This document shows positions 55,068 to 63,000 of a DNA stretch of 64,000 nucleotides, piece after piece. The first letter of the stretch is position 1. Each line of letters opens with the position of its first letter. The notes below the pieces were generated by a model. It saw nothing but the letters and a program-made list of their open reading frames with translations. It ran no database searches and was not told the DNA's origin. Source of the DNA: Myxococcales bacterium. Its GTDB lineage: Bacteria; Myxococcota_A; UBA9160; UBA4427. The DNA lies in NCBI GenBank assembly GCA_012959805.1, contig DUCN01000086.1, positions 4,002-68,001 on the forward strand, read 5' to 3'. Position numbers and translations under genes: made by a program.

Positions 55068-55801
55068 GTGCTAGGCCCCGCTTCCTGCCAGAAGTGATAC
55101 CACCGCTCCGTCCCGGTCGTCACGAACCCGAGACGCTCGTAGAGCCTGGCGGACTCGGCATTACGGGCCTGGCTGACGACGCGCACCCGTTCGTGGCCAC
55201 GCGTGGCAAGCCTGACGAGCGAACTCCTCACGAGCAGCTCGCCGAACCCGCGCCCCCTACAATTCTCCGCGACCGCGATAAGGCCAATCTTTCCCATTTC
55301 GGCAGATTCGCTTAGGCACGTTACGTAGCCCACTGCGTCGCCAGAATCGCGAACGACTAGCACATCAGATTCGACTGAAATGCATGCGTTGGTGATCCAT
55401 CGCTCGTAAAGGGCATCGCACATTTCGCGGGGAAAACCCGGGTCGTGATAGAAGCGAGTCGCCCCATGGCTCGACCGGGCGATGGCCTGCAGCGCATGTA
55501 AATCCTCTTCGCGATACGGCTGGGCACCGACCACGTCTTCTAATGATCGATGCTCCAGAGATCGTTCGCGCGTGACCCGCACATCCATGCATCTAAATCC
55601 GGCGTCCTCTGCAATCTCAATACTTTCGAGATCGCCATCGTCGACGAGGTAGTAGATGCAATCGATCGACTCGGCGCGCACGAAGTCCTGCACGCTGCAG
55701 ATCTTGGCGCGGTCGAGCCGTTTCCCTCGGATGCTCGCGATACGCCGACCAAAGAAAGTCGAATCCCATTCGAGACGCCGACAAACCGCGTCCGACATCA
55801 T
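55064..55801 (-). CDS. wecD: dTDP-4-amino-4,6-dideoxy-sugar N-acetyltransferase (GNAT, WecD-like)
   Basis: The N-terminus reads LEWDSTFFGRRIA, matching the WecD hallmark WxxxFFG. The C-terminal GNAT core is IGLIAVAENCRGRGFGELL...ARLYERLGF. It has 4-nt overlaps with both neighbours. Confidence 0.75.
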   Translation of the reverse strand: MMSDAVCRRLEWDSTFFGRRIASIRGKRLDRAKICSVQDFVRAESIDCIYYLVDDGDLESIEIAEDAGFRCMDVRVTRERSLEHRSLEDVVGAQPYREEDLHALQAIARSSHGATRFYHDPGFPREMCDALYERWITNACISVESDVLVVRDSGDAVGYVTCLSESAEMGKIGLIAVAENCRGRGFGELLVRSSLVRLATRGHERVRVVSQARNAESARLYERLGFVTTGTERWYHFWQEAGPST

Positions 55802-56772
55802 GGCAGATCAGAATCCCGGGCGGTCGTAGAACGAATGGCATAGGCCGGGCGCTCCATACTTCGCATGTGGATCCGCGCAATGTATTCACCAATGATGCCG
55901 AGCGCGAAAAGTTGGGCACCCGAAAAGATCGCGATCATCGAAGCCAGGAATGGAAAACCGGGCACACTCGTACCCTCGATGAGATAGCGACCCACCACAT
56001 ATGTGAGGGCGACAACGCCGACGAACGTGAAACTGAAGCCGATCAGACTCGCGATCTGAAGAGGAACCGTGCTGAAGCCGGTCATCATGTTGAGCGCATG
56101 GGTAATCAGTTTCCGAACCGTATAGTGAGACGCTCCGTCGACTCTTGCATCATGACGCACAGTCACCGCATCGAAACGTGTCGTTCCCCAGGTCAACAAC
56201 ACGTCAAGCGACACGAAGGGCCCCGGATACGCCGAGAAAGCGTTCCGCACTTCTGCACGAAAGACGCGAAACGCACTGACCTTCATGGCCGTCTTCGCCC
56301 CCATCGCATGACTGAGTGCGATCTTCGTCATTTGCGAAGCGATATTGCGCCATAGGCCGTGCTTTTCGGCGGCGGGTGTCCCGTAGACAACGTCGAAACC
56401 GTGGTCGAGGCGTTCGAGTAGCTTTGGAATTTCCTCGGGCGGATGCTGTAAGTCATCGTCGATCGTGAGGATGAGGTCGTGTCGCGCTAGGCGCGCACCG
56501 CAGAGCAACGCGTTGTGTTGGCCGAAGTTACGCATCAATCGAACGCCGCGAATCCATTCGTGGGCTCCGGCAAGCTCTTCGATGACACGCCAGACATCGG
56601 ATGGACTGCCGTCATCGACCAGAATGGCTTCAAAATTGTCGCAGACCTCACTGAGCACCGGCTTCAACCGGGCGATCAATTTGGGAAGAGCGACATCGCT
56701 GTTGTACACGGGAATCACGACGCTAATCGTTCTTGAAGTCGGCGGCGAACTCATCGGAGGCGTTAAAGTCAT
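55798..56772 (-). CDS. Polyprenyl-phosphate glycosyltransferase (GT2, ArnC/GtrB/DPM1-like, two C-terminal TM helices)
   Basis: The ORF extends to 56877, with the likely start MTLTPPMSS at 56772. It contains ISVVIPVYNS, LVDDGSPSD, RNFGQHNALLCG and DDDLQHPPEEI. The C-terminal helices end in GIIGEYIARIH. Confidence 0.85.
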   Translation of the reverse strand: MTLTPPMSSPPTSRTISVVIPVYNSDVALPKLIARLKPVLSEVCDNFEAILVDDGSPSDVWRVIEELAGAHEWIRGVRLMRNFGQHNALLCGARLARHDLILTIDDDLQHPPEEIPKLLERLDHGFDVVYGTPAAEKHGLWRNIASQMTKIALSHAMGAKTAMKVSAFRVFRAEVRNAFSAYPGPFVSLDVLLTWGTTRFDAVTVRHDARVDGASHYTVRKLITHALNMMTGFSTVPLQIASLIGFSFTFVGVVALTYVVGRYLIEGTSVPGFPFLASMIAIFSGAQLFALGIIGEYIARIHMRSMERPAYAIRSTTARDSDLP

Positions 56773-56812
56773 GATGAACGCGAAGGCTACCACAGGACGA
56801 AAGCGGTGGACC

Positions 56813-58525
56813 TCAACTCGGACCGGGGCACGTCTCGCAGAAAAGCAGGTCAAAGATCGGCAGCTCTTCGACGACACGATATCTCGATCGCAGTCCGTCG
56901 CGGAGAACGGTCCAGGTGTCGAATATCAACGAGCCATCAAGCGGAACGCGACGGATCAGGGCGTACCGTGGACCCGTTTCGAGGAAGCGATCAACCAGCG
57001 CGGCAGAGGCGGCCCGTGTCCATGTATTCATAAAAAGGGCTGCGTCACCGGTCCAGGGCCTGGCCCCCGCTTCCAGATAGATGAATGTCTTGAAGGGGTC
57101 GAGCACAGCGACGCGTTCGCCCTGGCTCTCAAGCGCTCTCACCTTATGGATCGCCGCCTGCAGCGGACCAACGAGCTGAAGGTCTCTGCTCTTGTCCAGA
57201 AAGATCTCGCGTCGGTCCGGAATCAAATACTCCCCCCGCGAGACTTCCTGGGTCCTATCCAGATTCCATCGGTTCGGATACGCGACGTAGGTGGGACTTG
57301 AAAAGAGGAGCGCGACAGTCGTGATCAGGATCAACACAGGTGCCGCGCGAGCGATCGGTGCAGATCCGGAATGCCGGCGAGAAGCTTCTCCGCGGGAGTC
57401 GAGATAGCGCTTGAGTTCGAGCGTGAGAATAATTGCGATCGACAGACCGACGAGTCGAATACGAATGGCCTGGGAATTCCAAACGAAGAGTAAGAGACGA
57501 CCCGCTCCATAAAACCCGACACATCCCAGGAGCAGAGAAGTCGGATCGAGGCGCCTGTGCAACGCTTTCATGGCGGTCTCGCTTACAGCATAAAGGCAAA
57601 TCGCAAAGGACCCGAGTGCGAAGAACAGATGGTCGGATTGCTGAGCCACGAATCGCGAAAAGAGGAGAGAGGATACGCTCACCGCGTTCAACAGGCCGCC
57701 GAGCCAGCTCGCGAGAACTGCCGCAGGCTCGTAGAAAAAGCGCCCGTGCGTGGAGATGACCAATCCGATTGCCAGAACGAGAACGAAAGCGATCGCGCTC
57801 TGCCAGAGCGTGGCGACCGGTCGCAGAGGCAGTGCGAGGGAGCGTGCGGTGGATGACCATTCGTCACGGGTCCGACTCCCGAAGAGAAGTGCGCACACCC
57901 AGTAGACGATGTAGGTCCCGATGAGCATCAATCCCGTTTCGGTTTCGAAATAGAGTCCCAGACCCGCGAGTCCGGCTGCCGCGACGGAAAATACCGGTCG
58001 ACCGCTGCGTCCGTGCATCAGCAATGCCAGAAAGAACAGCGCATCGAATGGGGCACGCAGACTTAGCATCGATGGCCATTGCCAATTGCTCAGCCCCGTT
58101 CCCAATTCATCGAAGAGTGGCGAGAAGAATCCGAGCCAGAGCGAAAATACGGTGCCGGCCAGCGCAAGGCTGCGCGACGACACCGCCACACGCATCAAGG
58201 CATAGACGGAGACGGCATAGATCCCGCAGAAAAACGCAGCGAACTCAATCGCGCCCTGGTGAGACAACGGCCACACACCCGAGATCGAACTCAAGAGCGT
58301 CGGCCAACCCAATCCGTAGGGCGCGTAGACGTCGAGAGACAGCGCCATACCATGCTGGTGGGCGAGTGCCTGTGCGATCATAAAATGATCCCAGTGATAG
58401 AAGCGATCCCATGCGAAAACCCAACCGGCGACGATCGACGGAACCGGCAAGTAGATCAGCGAGATGAGCGCGGCGCCAATCAGCCCGTCCAGCGCGTAGC
58501 CGTAACCATTATTCGACGACCTCAA
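56813..58525 (-). CDS. Large polytopic membrane protein with a soluble C-terminal domain, GT-C-like candidate glycosyltransferase
   Basis: The product is 570 aa with about 12 hydrophobic helices over ~400 aa. The acidic/aromatic first loop is WVFAWDRFYHWDHF. The soluble tail is ~170 aa. Its operon position matches that of ArnT or serotype-specific Gtr enzymes. I recognise no family with confidence. Confidence 0.45.
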   Translation of the reverse strand: MRSSNNGYGYALDGLIGAALISLIYLPVPSIVAGWVFAWDRFYHWDHFMIAQALAHQHGMALSLDVYAPYGLGWPTLLSSISGVWPLSHQGAIEFAAFFCGIYAVSVYALMRVAVSSRSLALAGTVFSLWLGFFSPLFDELGTGLSNWQWPSMLSLRAPFDALFFLALLMHGRSGRPVFSVAAAGLAGLGLYFETETGLMLIGTYIVYWVCALLFGSRTRDEWSSTARSLALPLRPVATLWQSAIAFVLVLAIGLVISTHGRFFYEPAAVLASWLGGLLNAVSVSSLLFSRFVAQQSDHLFFALGSFAICLYAVSETAMKALHRRLDPTSLLLGCVGFYGAGRLLLFVWNSQAIRIRLVGLSIAIILTLELKRYLDSRGEASRRHSGSAPIARAAPVLILITTVALLFSSPTYVAYPNRWNLDRTQEVSRGEYLIPDRREIFLDKSRDLQLVGPLQAAIHKVRALESQGERVAVLDPFKTFIYLEAGARPWTGDAALFMNTWTRAASAALVDRFLETGPRYALIRRVPLDGSLIFDTWTVLRDGLRSRYRVVEELPIFDLLFCETCPGPS

Positions 58526-59148
58526 GCGGACTCACCCCCTGTGTCCGCGGAAACGAACCAACCCGCGAAGATCGCGAAGACGAAGGCCAGGATTGTCGGG
58601 ATCGCCAGCAGCTGAAGATCTGAGGCCGCCACGATCCGCGTATCCGCGAAGCCCGGCCCGACCCAGGCGAGGGCGGCTCCGAAGCCCAAGGAGCTAGCCG
58701 CTGCGATCGCGAGCATGGCACGCGATCCTTGGCCGGCGATAGTCTCACGCTGATCGGAATCCGCCCGACGCAGAATCCGGTTCCAAGCCCAGATCCCGCC
58801 GCAGGAAAGCAACACCGTCGCCAGACACCCCACAGCATAGACCTCAGGATCAAATTCAACAGTCAGCATGCTGCGCCCGACGCGGGTCAGTGTTCGCGGG
58901 TCATAGGGCGACTCGGCCAACGGACCGATCGCAATCATTCCGAGCGCCGTCGATTGCACACCGAGGCTTGTCACGAGAAGGAGCACGGCGCGGCACGACG
59001 CCCAATAGCGGTGCGCGCTGACGGAATCTGGAATCGAAAGGCTGGGGATCATGCAGTCATCGGGCCCACTCCCGTTCGACTTCGTTCGATCGATAGCTTG
59101 TCCTGGTATCGAGACTGGATGACATTCACTAGGAATGTATGTCGACAA
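58522..59148 (-). CDS. Hypothetical integral membrane protein (4-5 TM helices)
   Basis: It overlaps the downstream gene by 4 nt and is the first gene of the operon. Hydrophobic segments include AVLLLVTSLGV, AVGCLATVLLSCGGIWAW, AMLAIAAASSLGFGAALAWV and LLAIPTILAFVFAIFAGWFV. The start is uncertain. Confidence 0.45.
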   Translation of the reverse strand: MSTYIPSECHPVSIPGQAIDRTKSNGSGPDDCMIPSLSIPDSVSAHRYWASCRAVLLLVTSLGVQSTALGMIAIGPLAESPYDPRTLTRVGRSMLTVEFDPEVYAVGCLATVLLSCGGIWAWNRILRRADSDQRETIAGQGSRAMLAIAAASSLGFGAALAWVGPGFADTRIVAASDLQLLAIPTILAFVFAIFAGWFVSADTGGESA

Positions 59149-59317
59149 AACATCCTGGACAAGGCCGACTCTTCCCTAAGAGACAGCTTTGGCTTCTGGC
59201 TGGGTCGCGTTCTGGGCCAGCTACTTCTCTTTTCTTCGTTCCGTCGTTCTTCTCCTGATCTTCGATCGTTCGGTTAGCGCCGCCTACTGTCTTCCGAAGT
59301 CGACAGCAACCGCCCCG

Positions 59318-60019
59318 CTACAGCTTCGTGCTCGCACCGAAGCTGCCCGTCATGTGTTCGCTCCACGCACTCAGCAACGGCACCGCATCGGGGAGGCCAA
59401 GCGAGCGCAGTTCTTCAGCGATGGGATGATCGCCCAGCTCGAGAACCACTCCCGCACCGCCGGGGATCGTCTGCTCACCACGCCCACCACGTGTGAAGAC
59501 GTTGCTATGTGGGATGCCGTCAATCAGCGTGTACCCGACCGCCGATTCGTCGGGCGTCTCGCCATCGCCGCCCCGCGGCACCGTAAGCGTAAGCACGTGT
59601 CGCCCGTCCATTATAAGCCTGCACGTGGCGCGATCGTCCGCATACGCGAAGTCGATGTCCTCGACACTTTTCGGGAAGCCCCAGATCCGGCAGCCCGCCT
59701 CGCACGTGAAGCTCTGATTGACGGGGAGCTTGTAGATGTAGGTGCCTACATCGGCGTCCGGTCGACCGGCCGGCCTAACGAAGAACACGATTCCGACCTC
59801 GTCGTAGTCTCCGAGATCGTTATCGCGATAGTCGACGATGACGAGCGTGAGCTGGGTCTGGCCGGGCGCAGCCTCGACGGCCTCGAATGCGTCCGGAATC
59901 AGCTCCTGAGTCCCGACGCGATCGACCATATACATCACGCTGCCCGTCGACGCGTCGCGGACGACTGCCGGCAGGTCGACGGCGCGCCCCTGGATCTCGT
60001 ACTGCTCGCTCTTGGCCAT
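59318..60019 (-). CDS. Acetoacetate decarboxylase (ADC) family protein
   Basis: The ORF extends to 60277, but ATG 60019 follows a GGGGAGG RBS. It gives MAKSEQYEIQGRAVDLPAVVRDASTGSVMYMV...LVIVDYRDNDLGDYDEVGIVFFV...GCRIWGFPK, an ADC-family beta-cone pattern. The opposite-strand ORF 59189..60310 is judged a shadow ORF. Confidence 0.7.
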   Translation of the reverse strand: MAKSEQYEIQGRAVDLPAVVRDASTGSVMYMVDRVGTQELIPDAFEAVEAAPGQTQLTLVIVDYRDNDLGDYDEVGIVFFVRPAGRPDADVGTYIYKLPVNQSFTCEAGCRIWGFPKSVEDIDFAYADDRATCRLIMDGRHVLTLTVPRGGDGETPDESAVGYTLIDGIPHSNVFTRGGRGEQTIPGGAGVVLELGDHPIAEELRSLGLPDAVPLLSAWSEHMTGSFGASTKL

Positions 60020-60406
60020 CACATTACCTCCCCTTGGTCTCGTTGGAGTCAGCGGGACTTTAACCCGTCGCCAAACGGCGCAAGCGCCCGCCAAGAAAGA
60101 AGCCTTCCGACTGAAGACTTGTCCCACGCTTCCCAACCCCGCCTGCAAGCGGGCTGCGATTCGACGCGCAGAGCCGCCCCGCGTTCGGATCAACCGTCGA
60201 CGATCGACTGCGCCTCGGATGCGATCGGTCAAGGTCGCGGACCGGGACGTCATTTCGGTGCGGGGCAGCGTCTCCACTCATTTCGCGCTTGTCGACAGCT
60301 ATGGGTCTAACCGGATATTGCGAAAACGGAGCTCGAAGCGCCTATCCCCCATCCGTTTCAACACGGTCGCAAACTCCATCCCATCTGGCTTCGATCGACA
60401 AAGGGG

Positions 60407-62116
60407 TCAGTGCGCCGCTTGTGCGGCGTTGTTCCGCAGCACCTGGCCGGCTCGCTCGCCGGTCAGCTCACCCTCGGACACGATCACACTCCCATTGCAG
60501 ATCGTCGCACGATAGCCCTGCGCCTTCTGAATCAAGCGCGGCACGCCACCCGGGAAGTCGTTCACCAACGTGGGTTGTCCCTCCACGACGCGGTCGATGT
60601 CGATCACGTTGACATCAGCTCGCATGCCGATCGCCAGCGTACCTCGATCGCCAAAGCCCAGGATGCGGGCCTGAGCGCTCGTCAGCAGGCGAATCGTCTC
60701 GGCCAGGCTGAAGGTGCCCTTCTCGCGATGCCAATGCGAAAGCATGAAGGTCGGCCAGCCGGCGTCGATGATCTGGGTGAGATGCGCGCCCGCATCGCCG
60801 AGGCTCGGCAATACCCAATCGTTCTGGAGGAACTTTTCCACGGCTGCATAGTCGTGATTGAAGAAGCGGACATGAAAGAGTGCCTCGCCATCACTTTCAA
60901 GCATATATCGCAGCCAGGTTTCAACCGGATGCTCCCCCGCGGCCTTGGCGAGTTCGGGAAGGCTTTCGCTTTGGTCCTTGTCGTAAATCGGCGCTTCCCC
61001 ATCGCCTAACGAGAAGAAGTTGGGCGCGAACATATCGACGAACTTGGACTGTTTGGCATCTTCGACCAGCTTTGCACGAGTTCCCTCGTCTCGTATGGCC
61101 GCGAGACGATCTGGGAAGTCGAGCTTGAGGAGTTCGAGCCATGCGGGCGTCATGGACCCGGGAACGAATGTGTCGGGCGGCATGACAAAGATGTTGGTCT
61201 TGAGACCCGACAAGAATCCGCCCGCTCGCGGCAAGGTCAAGGCCGTGACATCGAGTCCTTCGGCTCGCATCCCCTCCACGTGAGCCGTATAGGCGGCCTT
61301 GCCATCTGGGCCGGGAATATAGGGCGCGGTGAAGATGGCTCGAGTCTGGGCCGCCAGCGCTTGTTCGCGCAGGATCTCCATTTCGGATTCGAACCTCGAA
61401 TATTCAAGAACGTTCTGTACAAGGCCGTTGTTCTCACCGACCGCTTTGGCAATGGCGACCATTTCGTCGGTCTTGGCGAAGGTGCCGGGGATGCTTCGGC
61501 CGTCGGGCATGCGGTGGGCCAGCAGTCGGCTACTCGAGAATCCAATCGCACCTTCGGCGACAGATTTCCCGGCCAACACGGCCATCTGCTCGATCTCGTC
61601 GGGCGTCGGTTCCTCGTCGACGCCGCGATCGCCCATCACGTACGTCCGGATCGCACAATGGCCCACCATGCCGACCACGTTGATGGCCGGAGCGAGCTTT
61701 TCGACCGAGTCAAGATACTCGCCATAGGTTTCCCAATCCCAGGGCAAGCCATGCAGGATGGTGTCGCTCGGAATGTCCTCGACGGATTCCATCATGCCCG
61801 CGAGCACCTCGCGATCTTCTGGCTTGCAGGGCGCAAAGGTCACACCGCAATTGCCGAGCAGCGCCGTCGTCACTCCGTGCCAGACAACAGGCGTCAGTGC
61901 CGGATCCCATCCCACCTGCGCGTCGAGATGCGTGTGAAGGTCGACGAAACCCGGCGTAACCGCATGGCCGTCGGCATCGATCTCGCGCGCGCCCTCGCCG
62001 TCGACGACCCCCATCGCCACGATCGTGTCACCGTCGATCGCGACGTCTCCAATGAAGGGCTCGGCGCCCGTTCCGTCTACTATGAGGCCTCGGCGAATGA
62101 TGAGATCGAAAGTCAT
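60407..62116 (-). CDS. N-acyl-D-amino-acid deacylase (D-aminoacylase) family amidohydrolase
   Basis: ATG 62116, preceded by an AGGAGC RBS, gives MTFDLIIRRGLIVDGTGAEPFIGDVAIDGDTIVAMG...GFVDLHTHLD (metal-binding HxH). The C-terminal stretch GTLAIGMRADVNVIDIDRV is also present. Confidence 0.85.
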   Translation of the reverse strand: MTFDLIIRRGLIVDGTGAEPFIGDVAIDGDTIVAMGVVDGEGAREIDADGHAVTPGFVDLHTHLDAQVGWDPALTPVVWHGVTTALLGNCGVTFAPCKPEDREVLAGMMESVEDIPSDTILHGLPWDWETYGEYLDSVEKLAPAINVVGMVGHCAIRTYVMGDRGVDEEPTPDEIEQMAVLAGKSVAEGAIGFSSSRLLAHRMPDGRSIPGTFAKTDEMVAIAKAVGENNGLVQNVLEYSRFESEMEILREQALAAQTRAIFTAPYIPGPDGKAAYTAHVEGMRAEGLDVTALTLPRAGGFLSGLKTNIFVMPPDTFVPGSMTPAWLELLKLDFPDRLAAIRDEGTRAKLVEDAKQSKFVDMFAPNFFSLGDGEAPIYDKDQSESLPELAKAAGEHPVETWLRYMLESDGEALFHVRFFNHDYAAVEKFLQNDWVLPSLGDAGAHLTQIIDAGWPTFMLSHWHREKGTFSLAETIRLLTSAQARILGFGDRGTLAIGMRADVNVIDIDRVVEGQPTLVNDFPGGVPRLIQKAQGYRATICNGSVIVSEGELTGERAGQVLRNNAAQAAH

Positions 62117-62463
62117 GATGCTGCTCCTAGGGCGATGCGAGACCAGACAATTCCGGACGACGATCGCGGAGGATCGCAAATGGAAGGGGGGGATGTCAAA
62201 GGCGGTTTTGGGCCGCGCGGCAGTGCTTCTGTTGCGTCCGGACTGCGTACTCGGGCGTAGGCCTAGATCTATCGGAAACTGAACTCGGCGTGGACGCGCT
62301 CGGGCACGCGCTCTATCTCATCACAACGCTCAGCCGACGGCCGCCATCACTCGCTGCGACGCCGGTCCATACGCACCATCGCTTTGTCCGGGCACCGTAA
62401 TGGTGGAGGCGGCGGGAATCAAATCCGCGTCAGTAGTGTGATCCGCAGGGAAGGATGCCGGTG

Positions 62464-63000
62464 TCACGCTCGCAGATCGCGAATCGCGCGTAGCAATTCG
62501 CGACGTGCGCGCTTCGTCTTCCTTGCTGCCGGATCCTGTTGCGCGCTTCGCGTCAACATCCGGAGGCGCTGCCGATCAGCGTGGGGGTAGTCTGTGATCA
62601 GTCCCTCGACCGCAACATCGCCCTCTTCCACGAGACGAGTGAGCCAGTTTTCTGTGACTTGCTCGTGGCGGACTCCATCGCGCTGATCTCTATTCAACAA
62701 CTCGAGGCGTTGCTGGATCGCTTCGTGATCCTCCGCGCGCAAGATCTGACCGATCAATCGATTCTGGCGACCGCGGGACTTGGGCTTCAGGTTCTGACTC
62801 ACGTCGATCTCTTCTCGAAGCCGCTCCGGAAGTTCGAGACGATCCAAGTCACGCAGAGAGAGCCGAGTGAGCCGCAAGCCCAGTTTGTTAACGGCATTGG
62901 CGGCGCGCGTCTGCTCTGTCCGCGACGGACGCGAATCTGCGAGCCTCGGCGACTGCTCGGCCGGCGCTTCGTCTTCCGGAATGTCGCCGGGCGAAATCAT
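62464..63000 (-). CDS. yjgA: Ribosome-associated protein YjgA (DUF615 / DarP family)
   Basis: The product is 178 aa and contains PSRTEQTRAANAVNKLGLRLTRLSLRDLDRLELPERLREEIDVSQNLKPKSRGRQNRLIGQILR...AIQQRLE, which matches the YjgA pattern. Its ATG overlaps the upstream stop as ATGA. Confidence 0.8.
   Translation of the reverse strand: MISPGDIPEDEAPAEQSPRLADSRPSRTEQTRAANAVNKLGLRLTRLSLRDLDRLELPERLREEIDVSQNLKPKSRGRQNRLIGQILRAEDHEAIQQRLELLNRDQRDGVRHEQVTENWLTRLVEEGDVAVEGLITDYPHADRQRLRMLTRSAQQDPAARKTKRARRELLRAIRDLRA

Noticed and set aside
5339-61009. Apparent over-representation of the heptamer GTTAGGC (reverse complement GCCTAAC). By eye I count about 10 plus-strand and 7 minus-strand copies, mostly followed by G or C and often read as a rare TTA-GGC (Leu-Gly) codon pair. 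This could be an uptake, Chi-like or architecture signal.
   Set aside because: Under a simple base-composition model the hexamer TTAGGC/GCCTAA is not enriched (about 21 seen against about 28 expected). The 7- and 8-mers are enriched only about 2-4 fold, which is expected for some words after multiple testing. There is no strand or positional skew and no longer conserved flank. The counts were made by eye and need a real k-mer analysis.
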